DNA from: Flavobacterium sp.
Lineage (GTDB): Bacteria; Bacteroidota; Bacteroidia; Flavobacteriales; Flavobacteriaceae
Assembly (NCBI GenBank): GCA_023253295.1
Contig: JALRGZ010000078.1
Location: 1 to 43,120, forward strand
Reading direction: 5' to 3'
DNA: 43,120 bases
The notes beneath the pieces were generated by a model. The model had not been told where the DNA came from and ran no database searches. It worked only from the letters and a program-made list of their open reading frames with translations. Made by a program: the position numbers and the translations under genes. Shown here in pieces: positions 17,431-26,800 of the stretch. The stretch's first letter is position 1. Each line of letters begins with the position of its first letter.

Positions 17431-17462
17431 ATCCTTTATCGATATTTTTTCAGATAAAGGAT
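17431..17462 (+). promoter_or_regulatory. Intercistronic stem-loop between pstS2 and pstC
   Basis: ATCCTTTATC-N12-GATAAAGGAT, with no U tract after it. Confidence 0.6.
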
Positions 17463-17494
17463 GTATTGTATTTATAAATTTTTAAATATTCAAA

Positions 17495-18763
17495 ATGAAT
17501 TCTCAAATTTCGAGTAAACAAAATTTCACTAAAGAAAGTCTGAAAAAACAATTCAGACTTTCTGAGTTTCTGGCTGAGAAAATAATTTCATCAGTTGCTT
17601 TCTTGTCGATTGCAATTATCTTTTTGATATTTATTTTCGTTTTCAAAGAGTCTTTGCCTATTTTTAGTCAAGACAAAGAATCGGTTAAAACTGAAATGCA
17701 ACAATCAGTTTCAGGAGATCAGCCTGAATCATACGGAGGTGCTTCCGATGATTTAAAGCCGGAGTCTTATGGTGCAGAAGAAACCGAAAGTCTGGAACCA
17801 GAATCTTATGGTGATGTAGCAAAGGAAGATTTGCAACCGGAGTCTTATGGTGATGTAGAAAAGGAAAGTTTGCAGCCAGAATCCTATGGAGATGTGGCAA
17901 AGGAAGATTTAGCACCTGAATCATACGGAGGTGTTGAAGTAGAAGCATTAGTTGCTGATGATAATTCGGAAACGGCTACTGAAACAAAAGTTGAACAATC
18001 AAATTCAATTTGGGATACTTTATTGACACCGGATTGGGTACCTGTTTCAGAGAATCCCAGATTTGGATTGTTGAGTTTACTTATTGGAACTTTAAAAGTT
18101 ACTCTTATTTCGATGCTTATTGCTGGGCCAATTGCTATTTTAGCGGCGCTCTATACAGCATGTTTCGCTTCTAAAAGAACGAAAGAAATTATTAAACCTA
18201 TTATTGAAATGCTAGCAGCTTTTCCTTCGGTAGTGATTGGTTTCTTTGCTTTAATGATATTGGCAACTTTTTTCCAAGACATTTTTGGATATGAGTCTCG
18301 TTTAAATGCTTTTGTTGGTGGTGTTGCTATGGCTTTAGCTGCAATCCCTATTATTTATACAATTTCTGAAGATGCACTTTCTTCTATCCCTAAAACCTAT
18401 ACAGAAGCAAGTTTAGCTCTGGGAGCTAATAAATGGCAAACCGCTTTTTATGTAGTGTTACCAGCTGCTACTCCAGGTATTTTTGCAGCTCTGTTATTAG
18501 GCGTGGGTAGGGTTTTTGGAGAGACTATGATTGCTTTGATGGCAACAGGTAATGCGGCAATGATGTCGGCAAATCCTTTTGAGAGTGTTCGAACTTTTGC
18601 TGCTACAATTGGAGCAGAAATGGCCGAAACTGTTTTTGGAGAAACACATTATAGTGTGTTGTTCTTTATAGGTTCGCTATTATTCATTTTTTCTTTTGGA
18701 TTAAATGCATTGGCAGAATTTTATGTAAAGGGGAGATTAATCAAAAAATTTCAAGGGAAATAG
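17495..18763 (+). CDS. pstC: Phosphate ABC transporter permease PstC with acidic repeat insert
   Basis: LAAFPSVVIGFF, EASLALGANKWQT (EAA motif) and GRVFGETM. Confidence 0.93.
   Translation: MNSQISSKQNFTKESLKKQFRLSEFLAEKIISSVAFLSIAIIFLIFIFVFKESLPIFSQDKESVKTEMQQSVSGDQPESYGGASDDLKPESYGAEETESLEPESYGDVAKEDLQPESYGDVEKESLQPESYGDVAKEDLAPESYGGVEVEALVADDNSETATETKVEQSNSIWDTLLTPDWVPVSENPRFGLLSLLIGTLKVTLISMLIAGPIAILAALYTACFASKRTKEIIKPIIEMLAAFPSVVIGFFALMILATFFQDIFGYESRLNAFVGGVAMALAAIPIIYTISEDALSSIPKTYTEASLALGANKWQTAFYVVLPAATPGIFAALLLGVGRVFGETMIALMATGNAAMMSANPFESVRTFAATIGAEMAETVFGETHYSVLFFIGSLLFIFSFGLNALAEFYVKGRLIKKFQGK
17720..17932 (+). repeat. Six tandem PESYG repeats (36-39 nt units) inside pstC
   Basis: Pro codons at 17723, 17759, 17798, 17837, 17876, 17915; consensus LxPESYGDVxKED. 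Confidence 0.95.
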
Positions 18764-18766
18764 ATC

Positions 18767-19711
18767 ATGAATACAGCGACAAAAGAAATTAATAATACTT
18801 TGCTTTTAACGGAAAATAAAAATACCGATATCAAAGGAAAAGTTATTGTTGGGATTACTCAATTAGCAGTTTTTACAATTATTGCCGTCCTTTTTATTAT
18901 CTTGGGAATTATTGTTTATGAAGGGCGTGAAAAATTTTCATGGGAATTCATTAGTTCATTTCCAACAAATGGTATGACCGAGGGAGGGATTTTTCCGGCA
19001 TTGATTGGGACATTTATCATGGTTATTGTGATGTCAATTGCAGCTGTCCCTTTTGGAACAATCACAGCGATTTATTTGACTGAATATGCCAGTGAAACTT
19101 CTAAGTTTGCAGCTGCAGTTCGTTTTTCGGTTCGTACTTTAGCGGTAGTTCCTTCTATTATTTTTGGTCTTTTCGGACTTGGTTTTTTTATCCAATTTAT
19201 TGGTGCAGGTTTTGATACGGCTTTCAATGGAGGAGAATTGCGTTGGGGACAGCCTAATATTCTTTGGGCAAGTTTAACCATGTCATTGTTAACATTGCCC
19301 GTTATTATTGTGTCTGTAGAAGAAGCGTTGAAAACCATTCCACGTGAGTTGCGTGAAGCGAGTTTGGCTTTAGGAGCAACCAAATGGCAAACTATTAAAA
19401 ATGTAGTACTTCCGGGGTCTATCTCTGGAATTATGACAGGTACAATTCTTGCGGTAAGTAGAGGTGCTGGTGAGGTAGCGCCAATTTTATTCACTGGAGC
19501 AGCTTATTATTTGGCTTCATTGCCAGGCTCTTTAAGTGATCAGTTTATGAACTTAGGTTACCATATTTATATCATGGCTACTCAATCTTCTGATGTTGAA
19601 AAGACAATGCCTATTCAATTTGCTACTACTCTGGTATTATTAATTCTTACTTTATCTTTGAATGTAATTGCAGTTGTAATCCGTTCAAGAATAAGAAGAA
19701 GAGCAAAATAA
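18767..19711 (+). CDS. pstA: Phosphate ABC transporter permease PstA
   Basis: GGIFPALIGT, PSIIFGLFGL, EASLALGATKWQT and SRGAGEVAP. Confidence 0.95.
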   Translation: MNTATKEINNTLLLTENKNTDIKGKVIVGITQLAVFTIIAVLFIILGIIVYEGREKFSWEFISSFPTNGMTEGGIFPALIGTFIMVIVMSIAAVPFGTITAIYLTEYASETSKFAAAVRFSVRTLAVVPSIIFGLFGLGFFIQFIGAGFDTAFNGGELRWGQPNILWASLTMSLLTLPVIIVSVEEALKTIPRELREASLALGATKWQTIKNVVLPGSISGIMTGTILAVSRGAGEVAPILFTGAAYYLASLPGSLSDQFMNLGYHIYIMATQSSDVEKTMPIQFATTLVLLILTLSLNVIAVVIRSRIRRRAK

Positions 19712-19761
19712 TTTTGCACATTAACTAATAAAATTTACTTTTAGATTATAATAAAATAAAA

Positions 19762-20520
19762 ATGAAAGACATAAAAATACAAGTAAATGATTTGTCATTG
19801 TATTATGGTGAAAAGAAGGCGCTAAAAGAGATTACAATGGAGGTTCCTGCTAATAAAGTCACGGCATTAATTGGTCCTTCTGGTTGTGGAAAATCTACTT
19901 TTTTGAGATGTATCAACCGTATGAATGATTTGATTCCTAGTGTTTCTATTACAGGTCAGATGCTTGTGGAAGGAGTGGATATCTACGATAAGAATGTGGA
20001 TGTGGTAAACATCAGAAAGAAAATCGGTATGGTTTTTCAAAAGTCGAATCCTTTCCCTAAATCAATTTACGAGAACGTAGCCTATGGTTCCAGAATTAAT
20101 GGAATTAATGATAAAAGAGAATTAGACGAAATCGTTGAAACTTCATTACGTCAAGCAGCTATTTGGGATGAATTAAAAGACCGTTTGGGAGATTCTGCTT
20201 TAGGACTTTCTGGAGGACAACAACAACGTTTGTGTATAGCAAGAACTTTAGCGGTAAGTCCTGATATTATTTTGATGGATGAACCAGCGAGTGCTCTTGA
20301 TCCAATTTCTACTTCTAAAATTGAAGAATTGGTACACGAATTGAAAGAGCAGTATACAATTATCATTGTTACTCATAACATGCAACAAGCTGCTAGAACG
20401 AGTGATCATACAGCATTCTTTTATATGGGGGAATTGATTGAAATGGGTAAAACAAATGCTATTTTCACAAAACCTGAGAAAAAACAAACTGAGGACTATA
20501 TTACCGGTAGATTTGGATAA
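19762..20520 (+). CDS. pstB: Phosphate ABC transporter ATPase
   Basis: [32 protein letters not shown] and YITGRFG. Confidence 0.97.
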   Translation: MKDIKIQVNDLSLYYGEKKALKEITMEVPANKVTALIGPSGCGKSTFLRCINRMNDLIPSVSITGQMLVEGVDIYDKNVDVVNIRKKIGMVFQKSNPFPKSIYENVAYGSRINGINDKRELDEIVETSLRQAAIWDELKDRLGDSALGLSGGQQQRLCIARTLAVSPDIILMDEPASALDPISTSKIEELVHELKEQYTIIIVTHNMQQAARTSDHTAFFYMGELIEMGKTNAIFTKPEKKQTEDYITGRFG

Positions 20521-20594
20521 AATTATAATACAACTACGTTAATTAACAGGTATTTTATAATTTAATCTTAATACTTTAAAAACAAAAGAATAGA

Positions 20595-21257
20595 ATGACA
20601 CACTTTGAAATAGAATTAGATAAATTAAAAAATGTAATTCAAAAAATTGGGGTTTTAGCCGAAAACCAAGTGAGCGAAGCTGTAAAAGCAGTTCTTGCTG
20701 AAGCTGTTGTTGAAGGAAAAGAAGTAAAGAAAATTGAAAATAAAATTGACAAATTAGATATCAAGATTGATGAAATTTGTCAAAGAATTTTTGCACTACA
20801 ACAACCTGTAGCATCCGATTTAAGATTTATCATGGCTTCTATGCAAATTAGCAATGAGATTGAAAGAATTGGAGATTTAGCAATTAGTATTATTAAGAAA
20901 ACTAAAAACATCAAAGAGAAACACGATTTGATAGGTAAATTTAATGTTGCTGATGTTGCTAGAGAAGTTGAAATAGTAATGGTGAAAACAAACGAATGTT
21001 TTCTAACTAAAGATTCGGATATTATTGCATCAATTTTTCCATTAAATAATTCAATTAAAGCAAATGTTGATGAGCTTATTGTTGGTATTATTGCTGAAAT
21101 GAAAGCCAATTCTAAAGTGGTAGTTTCCGGAACTAATCTTGTATTAGTTTTGAAACATTTAGAGCGTATTTCAGAACATTGCAGCAATATTGCAGAATCT
21201 GTTTATTTTATGGTTAATGCTAAAATCATTAAGCATGAAAAATTTGAAGACATGTAA
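20595..21257 (+). CDS. phoU: Phosphate signalling protein PhoU
   Basis: ALQQPVASDLR, ERIGD and ERISEH..NIAE motifs; follows pstB. Confidence 0.93.
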   Translation: MTHFEIELDKLKNVIQKIGVLAENQVSEAVKAVLAEAVVEGKEVKKIENKIDKLDIKIDEICQRIFALQQPVASDLRFIMASMQISNEIERIGDLAISIIKKTKNIKEKHDLIGKFNVADVAREVEIVMVKTNECFLTKDSDIIASIFPLNNSIKANVDELIVGIIAEMKANSKVVVSGTNLVLVLKHLERISEHCSNIAESVYFMVNAKIIKHEKFEDM

Positions 21258-21277
21258 TTCCCTTATTTTATTATAAC

Positions 21278-21319
21278 AAAAAAAGCTAGGTTTTCATTTT
21301 GAAACTCCTAGCTTTTTTT
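21278..21319. terminator. Bidirectional terminator between phoU and the response regulator
   Basis: AAAAAAAGCTAGG...CCTAGCTTTTTTT between convergent genes. Confidence 0.8.
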
Positions 21320-21339
21320 ATGGAATAATTTTATAATAA

Positions 21340-21978
21340 TCAATTGTCAAGTCCCATTGATTTATTGAACAAACTAATGAGTTCTACAATATTTTTGATG
21401 TTGAGTTTATTGAAAATTTTGTTTTTATGAGTGCTAACAGTGGTAAGTTGGATATTTAACTTGTTTGCAATTTCAATGTTTCCATCACCTTGAACGAGTA
21501 ATTCAGATATTTCTCGTTCTCTTTTAGATAATTTATCCAATGGATTAATACTCTCCCTGTTTGTTGATGCTTTTACAAGTTCTTTAATGATGTCTGGAGT
21601 TAAATAATTTCCAGTTTTTAGTACACTATCTACAGCGCTTGTTAGTTTTTTCTTGTCACTTAATTTATTAAGGTATCCATTGGCTCCCGCAATGATGTAT
21701 GGGCAGGCGTGAGTATTTTCTTCATAAACTGAAAAGATAAGTATTTTAACCTCAGGCTGGATAATTCTAATTTCTTCAATCATTGAGGTGTTTCTGCCAC
21801 CTGGTATATTAATGTCGAGTATAATTAAATCAAATTTCTTTTCTTTTAGTATTTTTAGAGTTTCACTGTAATTATCTGTAGTGGATATATTGAGGTGTTT
21901 TATTTTTTCTTCTAATATTATTGAAACACCAGTTCTTACAACTAAATGGTCATCAACGATAAGAATATCTTTTTGCAT
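21340..21978 (-). CDS. NarL/FixJ (LuxR-HTH) response regulator
   Basis: IVDDH..LDINIPG receiver; LSKRE..IANKLN..TVSTHKNKIFNKL HTH. Confidence 0.92.
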   Translation of the reverse strand: MQKDILIVDDHLVVRTGVSIILEEKIKHLNISTTDNYSETLKILKEKKFDLIILDINIPGGRNTSMIEEIRIIQPEVKILIFSVYEENTHACPYIIAGANGYLNKLSDKKKLTSAVDSVLKTGNYLTPDIIKELVKASTNRESINPLDKLSKREREISELLVQGDGNIEIANKLNIQLTTVSTHKNKIFNKLNIKNIVELISLFNKSMGLDN

Positions 21979-21988
21979 AATTTTATTT

Positions 21989-23461
21989 TTAGGTTAACGA
22001 CTTGTTTGGTTTAAAATTAATATCTATGGTTACTATTGTCCCTTCATTGTTGGGGTTAGAAAAAGTAATATTTCCTTTAAGTATAATTAGTAGTTCTAAT
22101 ACGAGATGTAATCCAATTCCATAGGTGCTTAAAATTAGTTTTTCAGGGTCTCTGTTTTTAAATAAATTGGTATAATAATTAATAATATCTTCACTCATTC
22201 CAGAGCCTGTATCTTTTACCCAATAGGTTATTTTTTCAGCATCAGATTTTGAACCTATTTCAATAATTCCTGATATCGTATTTTTCACTGCATTGTCAAT
22301 TAAATTATGAATAATTATCGAAATAATTCTAATGTTAATATCTGATTTTAAATATTCGTCTGTCTTGTTAATTATTTTGGTGTTGTTGTTTGCTGCGATT
22401 TCTTCAAAAAAGACTTTTTTGCTTTCAATTAAATCATATACTGAATATGATTGTTGATTATAGTCCCGGTCTTCAATATATATTTTAGAATATTCAATCA
22501 GTGTTTTAGTAAAATCATATAGCTGTGATGAAGATTTATATATAGAACTAGAGTATTTATGAATAGTTGAATCTTTTGCTTTTTTAGTATTACTACTTAG
22601 GTGTTTTGCAATAAGTTGAATGTATTTTAATGGACTTCGAATATCATGACTAATAGTGCCAATAATTTTTTTGTGTTGTATAATTTCTGCAAATAAATCC
22701 TGTTTTGTCTTTTCTAAATCATTTATGATGGCTTCAAGTTGTGTTTTTTGCTGGTTTAATTCTTGTTTTGAGTGGATAATCTTTTTTAGCATTCCACTGT
22801 AATAGATGCTTATAGAACAAATAATAATACAAATAAAAAAGATATTTGTTAATAAAAGATAATTATTTGTTTTTCGGGTTCCATCTCCTAATAAATTTGA
22901 GAATCGTTCCTCACTATAGGCTAATTCTTTATTTAAATCGTCTAATTCTTCAATTGTCTTGATTTTAGCTGTAAGGTCTAATTGGTTTTTTTTAATCTTT
23001 TGATAAATCTCTATACCTTTATGATATAATTCAAGATTTAATCGATCTCCGTTTTCCCATTCTAAAATAGCATTTTTTAAGAACCATAGATTTTTGAAAT
23101 TATTAAACAACCATATCATATCATTTAAATCATCTTCATGATTTTTTCCATCTCTAAAACCGTTTTTAATTGTTTCAGTATCTAATTTTTTGATTAGGGC
23201 AATTCTGGCTTTTCCATCACCTATGGGGATGTTGATATTGTATTTAAATTCTCTCCAATATTCTTCTTTTTGGGTGAATATATAATTCATCAAATTGCGT
23301 GTTGCTACATTATGACCTTTCGAATAGCGTGATTCACCATTTACATAAGCTCTAGTTGCTGATAAAGTTTTTATAGTATAAAAGTTTACTACTATTAACA
23401 TGGAGCAGGCAGTTAATATGATGATTAAAAACGTAATCGTATTTGCTTTGTCTTGTTTCAA
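21989..23461 (-). CDS. Membrane sensor histidine kinase
   Basis: Two TM helices flanking a periplasmic domain (RAYVNGESRYSKG..IPIGD..AR); ISHDIRSPL, NLIDNAVK, DTGSGM and GIGL boxes. TTG start. Confidence 0.88.
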   Translation of the reverse strand: MKQDKANTITFLIIILTACSMLIVVNFYTIKTLSATRAYVNGESRYSKGHNVATRNLMNYIFTQKEEYWREFKYNINIPIGDGKARIALIKKLDTETIKNGFRDGKNHEDDLNDMIWLFNNFKNLWFLKNAILEWENGDRLNLELYHKGIEIYQKIKKNQLDLTAKIKTIEELDDLNKELAYSEERFSNLLGDGTRKTNNYLLLTNIFFICIIICSISIYYSGMLKKIIHSKQELNQQKTQLEAIINDLEKTKQDLFAEIIQHKKIIGTISHDIRSPLKYIQLIAKHLSSNTKKAKDSTIHKYSSSIYKSSSQLYDFTKTLIEYSKIYIEDRDYNQQSYSVYDLIESKKVFFEEIAANNNTKIINKTDEYLKSDINIRIISIIIHNLIDNAVKNTISGIIEIGSKSDAEKITYWVKDTGSGMSEDIINYYTNLFKNRDPEKLILSTYGIGLHLVLELLIILKGNITFSNPNNEGTIVTIDINFKPNKSLT

Positions 23462-23563
23462 TTTTTAATAGAGTACGATTTTTTTGTTAAAAAAAAGGAG
23501 TTAATTTAAAAAATAGTTTCAGTAACTAAACTTAATTTATTTTGTAGTTCGAATAGCCTAATA

Positions 23564-23715
23564 CAAATATATCAATATATATCAGTTGTTTTTGTAAGAA
23601 TTAATCGGTTTTTGGTTTGAACTTTATCAATCTTTTAGTAGGTTTTATTTCCCATTCTTGTAGGTTAATGTTTATTATTTTTTTGCTAATTTAGGTTTTC
23701 CATAGTTTAAATTTG
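23564..23715. promoter_or_regulatory. Divergent -7 elements for the kinase (minus) and the giant protein (plus)
   Basis: TATATTTG on the minus strand at 23564-23571; TAAATTTG on the plus strand at 23708-23715. Confidence 0.5.
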
Positions 23716-23820
23716 TAATATAATATTTATTACTACTAGTTTTTTACTTTAAATAGCCTGAATTATTCGGGTTAAAAAAATGTAAATATTGATTTGTGTT
23801 CGAATTAAACTCTTCTGATT

Positions 23821-26800
23821 ATGAAAAATAATTACCCAGATCTATCTAACAAAAGCTTTTTTGTTCCCCAAAAAATGAGTTACGGATTTAATACGTTATT
23901 TATAGTTTTAGGTTTTTTGTTTTTGTCACTTAATTCATATGCGCAATGCAATGATGAAATTCCCAGACCATTTGTGACAGCTAATTTTGATAATCTATCT
24001 GTTTCAAAATCTACATTTACTTCTGGAATCGGATTATGTATTGGTTGTAGTATAACTAATGAAGCTAATTTGATTAATGCCAGTTTGACGGATTTTGCAA
24101 CTGCCAGTTTTGGAGCATTAAATGTTGGTTATAGTCATTCATTACGAGTTACGGATGGAAATACTACTTATGCTGCAGGAACTTTTGCTGGATTTAAAAT
24201 CGCTCCAACCGGAGGTCTGCTTACTCTGAATTTATTAAATGGAATAACCATCAGAACTTATGATGAGGGTGTTTTGAAAGAGGCTTTTTCAGGGGCTTCT
24301 TTATTGGGTTTAAGTGTTCTTTCAAGTTCTACGGATTATATCGTTGGTTTTAATACTTCAATAGCATTTGATGCTATTGAAATAGTATTAGATGGAGGCA
24401 TATCGGCATTGAGTTCTACAAATATTTATCATGCTGTAATAAGAGAATATTGTGCAGGACCTGCTTTGGAATGTAATACCATAACTAAATTAAGCTTGCC
24501 AACGTATCCGGTTGCTATAGATCAGACTAATACAGGTGTTTCCGGAGTTAGTGTAGGAAGTGTTTCCAATGTTGAAAATGCTATCAGTTCTGATAATTCA
24601 GATTATGCTACTATAAATTTAACAGCTGGGTTGCTTGCTTCCGGAAGTATAGCTATCAAAGATCAGTTAACGAATTATCCGGCAGGGACTTATGCTGGGG
24701 TTGAAATTGAAAATACTGCCCTTTTAAGTTTAAATGCTTTAGGTAATGTAGTTGTTGCTACTTATTTAGATGGTGTACAAAAAGAATCTTTTTCAGGGAG
24801 TAATTTACTAGCTAATGTTTCGTTGATACCTTCATCGGGGCCTTTTAAATTGGGTTTTGTAAGTACTCAGGATTTTGATGAAGTGAAATTGACTCTGAAT
24901 CAGACTTTAGCTTTGAATTTAGGGACTACAAGAGTATACGGAGCTGTTTTTGAAAAATTTTGTGCAGGACCTGATTTATCTTGTAATACACAAACGGCTA
25001 TTATTGCTCCTACCTATCCGGTATATGTTAATAATGTCAATTCAGGTATAAATGGTTTAGCATGTGCATTGTGTACTATAACAAATCAGGATAATTTAAT
25101 AGATGCTGATCTTACAAACTATGCCAGTGTTAATTTGTCTGTAGGAGTTGGAACAACAGGAAGTTTATCGGTTAAAAATCAAATTACTGATTATCCTGCG
25201 GGTACTTTCGCAGGATATACTATTGAAAATCCAGCTTTGTTAACAGTGGATGCTCTTAATACAGTTAGAATCACGACTTATTTAAATGGTGTTCAACAGG
25301 AAACAAAGTCAGGTAATGGGGCTTTAGTGGCAGTAGGGACAGATTTACTTGTATCTACGGGTAAACAAACGATAGGTTTTGTATCTGCAATGCCGTTTGA
25401 CGAAGTTAAAATTACTTTCCAGAATACAGTAGCCGTGAATTTAGGAGAGGTTAAAGTGTACAATAGTGTTCTGCAAAAATTATGTGAACCAGTAGTAGAA
25501 TGTAATAAAACATATGTTTGGTCAAATCCTGATTTTCCGGTTATAATAGATACGGATAATTCGGGAGTTCAAGGTGTAGCCTGTGTGTCTTGTGCGGTTA
25601 CTGATACAGATAATTTATTAACGGCAGATGAAACGGATTATGCAAATATTACTTTGATAGCAGGTGTTGTTGGTTCAGGATCAGTAGCTGTTAAAGATCA
25701 GTTGTTTACCTATCCTAAAGGAACTTTTGCAGGATATGTTATCAAAGATTTAGGAAGTTTGGCACAGGTTAATTTATTACAATCCCTGTCAATCAGTACT
25801 TATAATAATGGAGTATTACAAGAATCTGGAACAGCAGGGCAATTAATTGATTTGTCTGCCTTAGGATTAGATGTTTTAGGTTCAGTTCCGGGGACTTATA
25901 ATATTGGTTTTAAAACAACTTTACCATTTGATGAGATCCGATTGACATTAAATTCTGTTGCAAGTGTTATTAATTCTATCAATGTTTACGGAGCATTTAT
26001 AGACACTTCAGAAAGTGATGGAGGCGATGGAAGTGCTTTGGACTGTAATGCTTCATCAGTTTCTATTACCAAAGACGGAACTTATGTGGATGCTAATTTG
26101 GATGGGAAAGTCAATGTAGGAGACAGAATAGATTATACTTTTGTAATAACAAATACTGGAGCTAAAACTTTAACCAATATAACAGTTACCGATGATAATG
26201 CAACTGTAACAGGTACACCCATTGCCAGTTTAGCACCCGGAGCAACAGATACTACTTCTTACACTGCCTCTTATACAATTACACAGGCAGATATTGATGC
26301 AGCTGTAGTATATAATTTAGCTACAGTAACGGCTGTAACCAATATAGGAACTAGTATAAGTGCAACATCTACTGACCCAACACCTTGCACAAGTTGTCCA
26401 GTTGATCCGGATTGCCCGGATTGTACCATTACCGAAGTTCTTCAAACGGATGGTATCGCTTTAGTAAAAACAGCAGTAGTAGGAGGGACAGGGGTTAAGG
26501 GAGATGTAATTACATATACTTTTGCTGTAACCAATACAGGAAATACAACTTTGACAAATGTAGTTGTAACTGATCCAATGACAATGAGTGGGTTGACTAT
26601 TTCAGGCAGTCCAATAGCAAATTTAGCACCTGGAGCAACTGATACAAGTGTAACCGGGGTTTATATAATTACTCAGACAGACGTTGACGCAGGAAAAGTA
26701 ACCAATTCTGCTTTGGCAACAGCCAAAGATCCACAAGGAAATGATGTAACCGATACTTCCGGAACAACAATAACCACAGATGATAGTACCGAAACACCAG

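Noticed and set aside
17720-17932. pstC repeats as a CRISPR array or DNA minisatellite
   Set aside because: In-frame units with synonymous divergence, no repeat-spacer structure and no cas genes.
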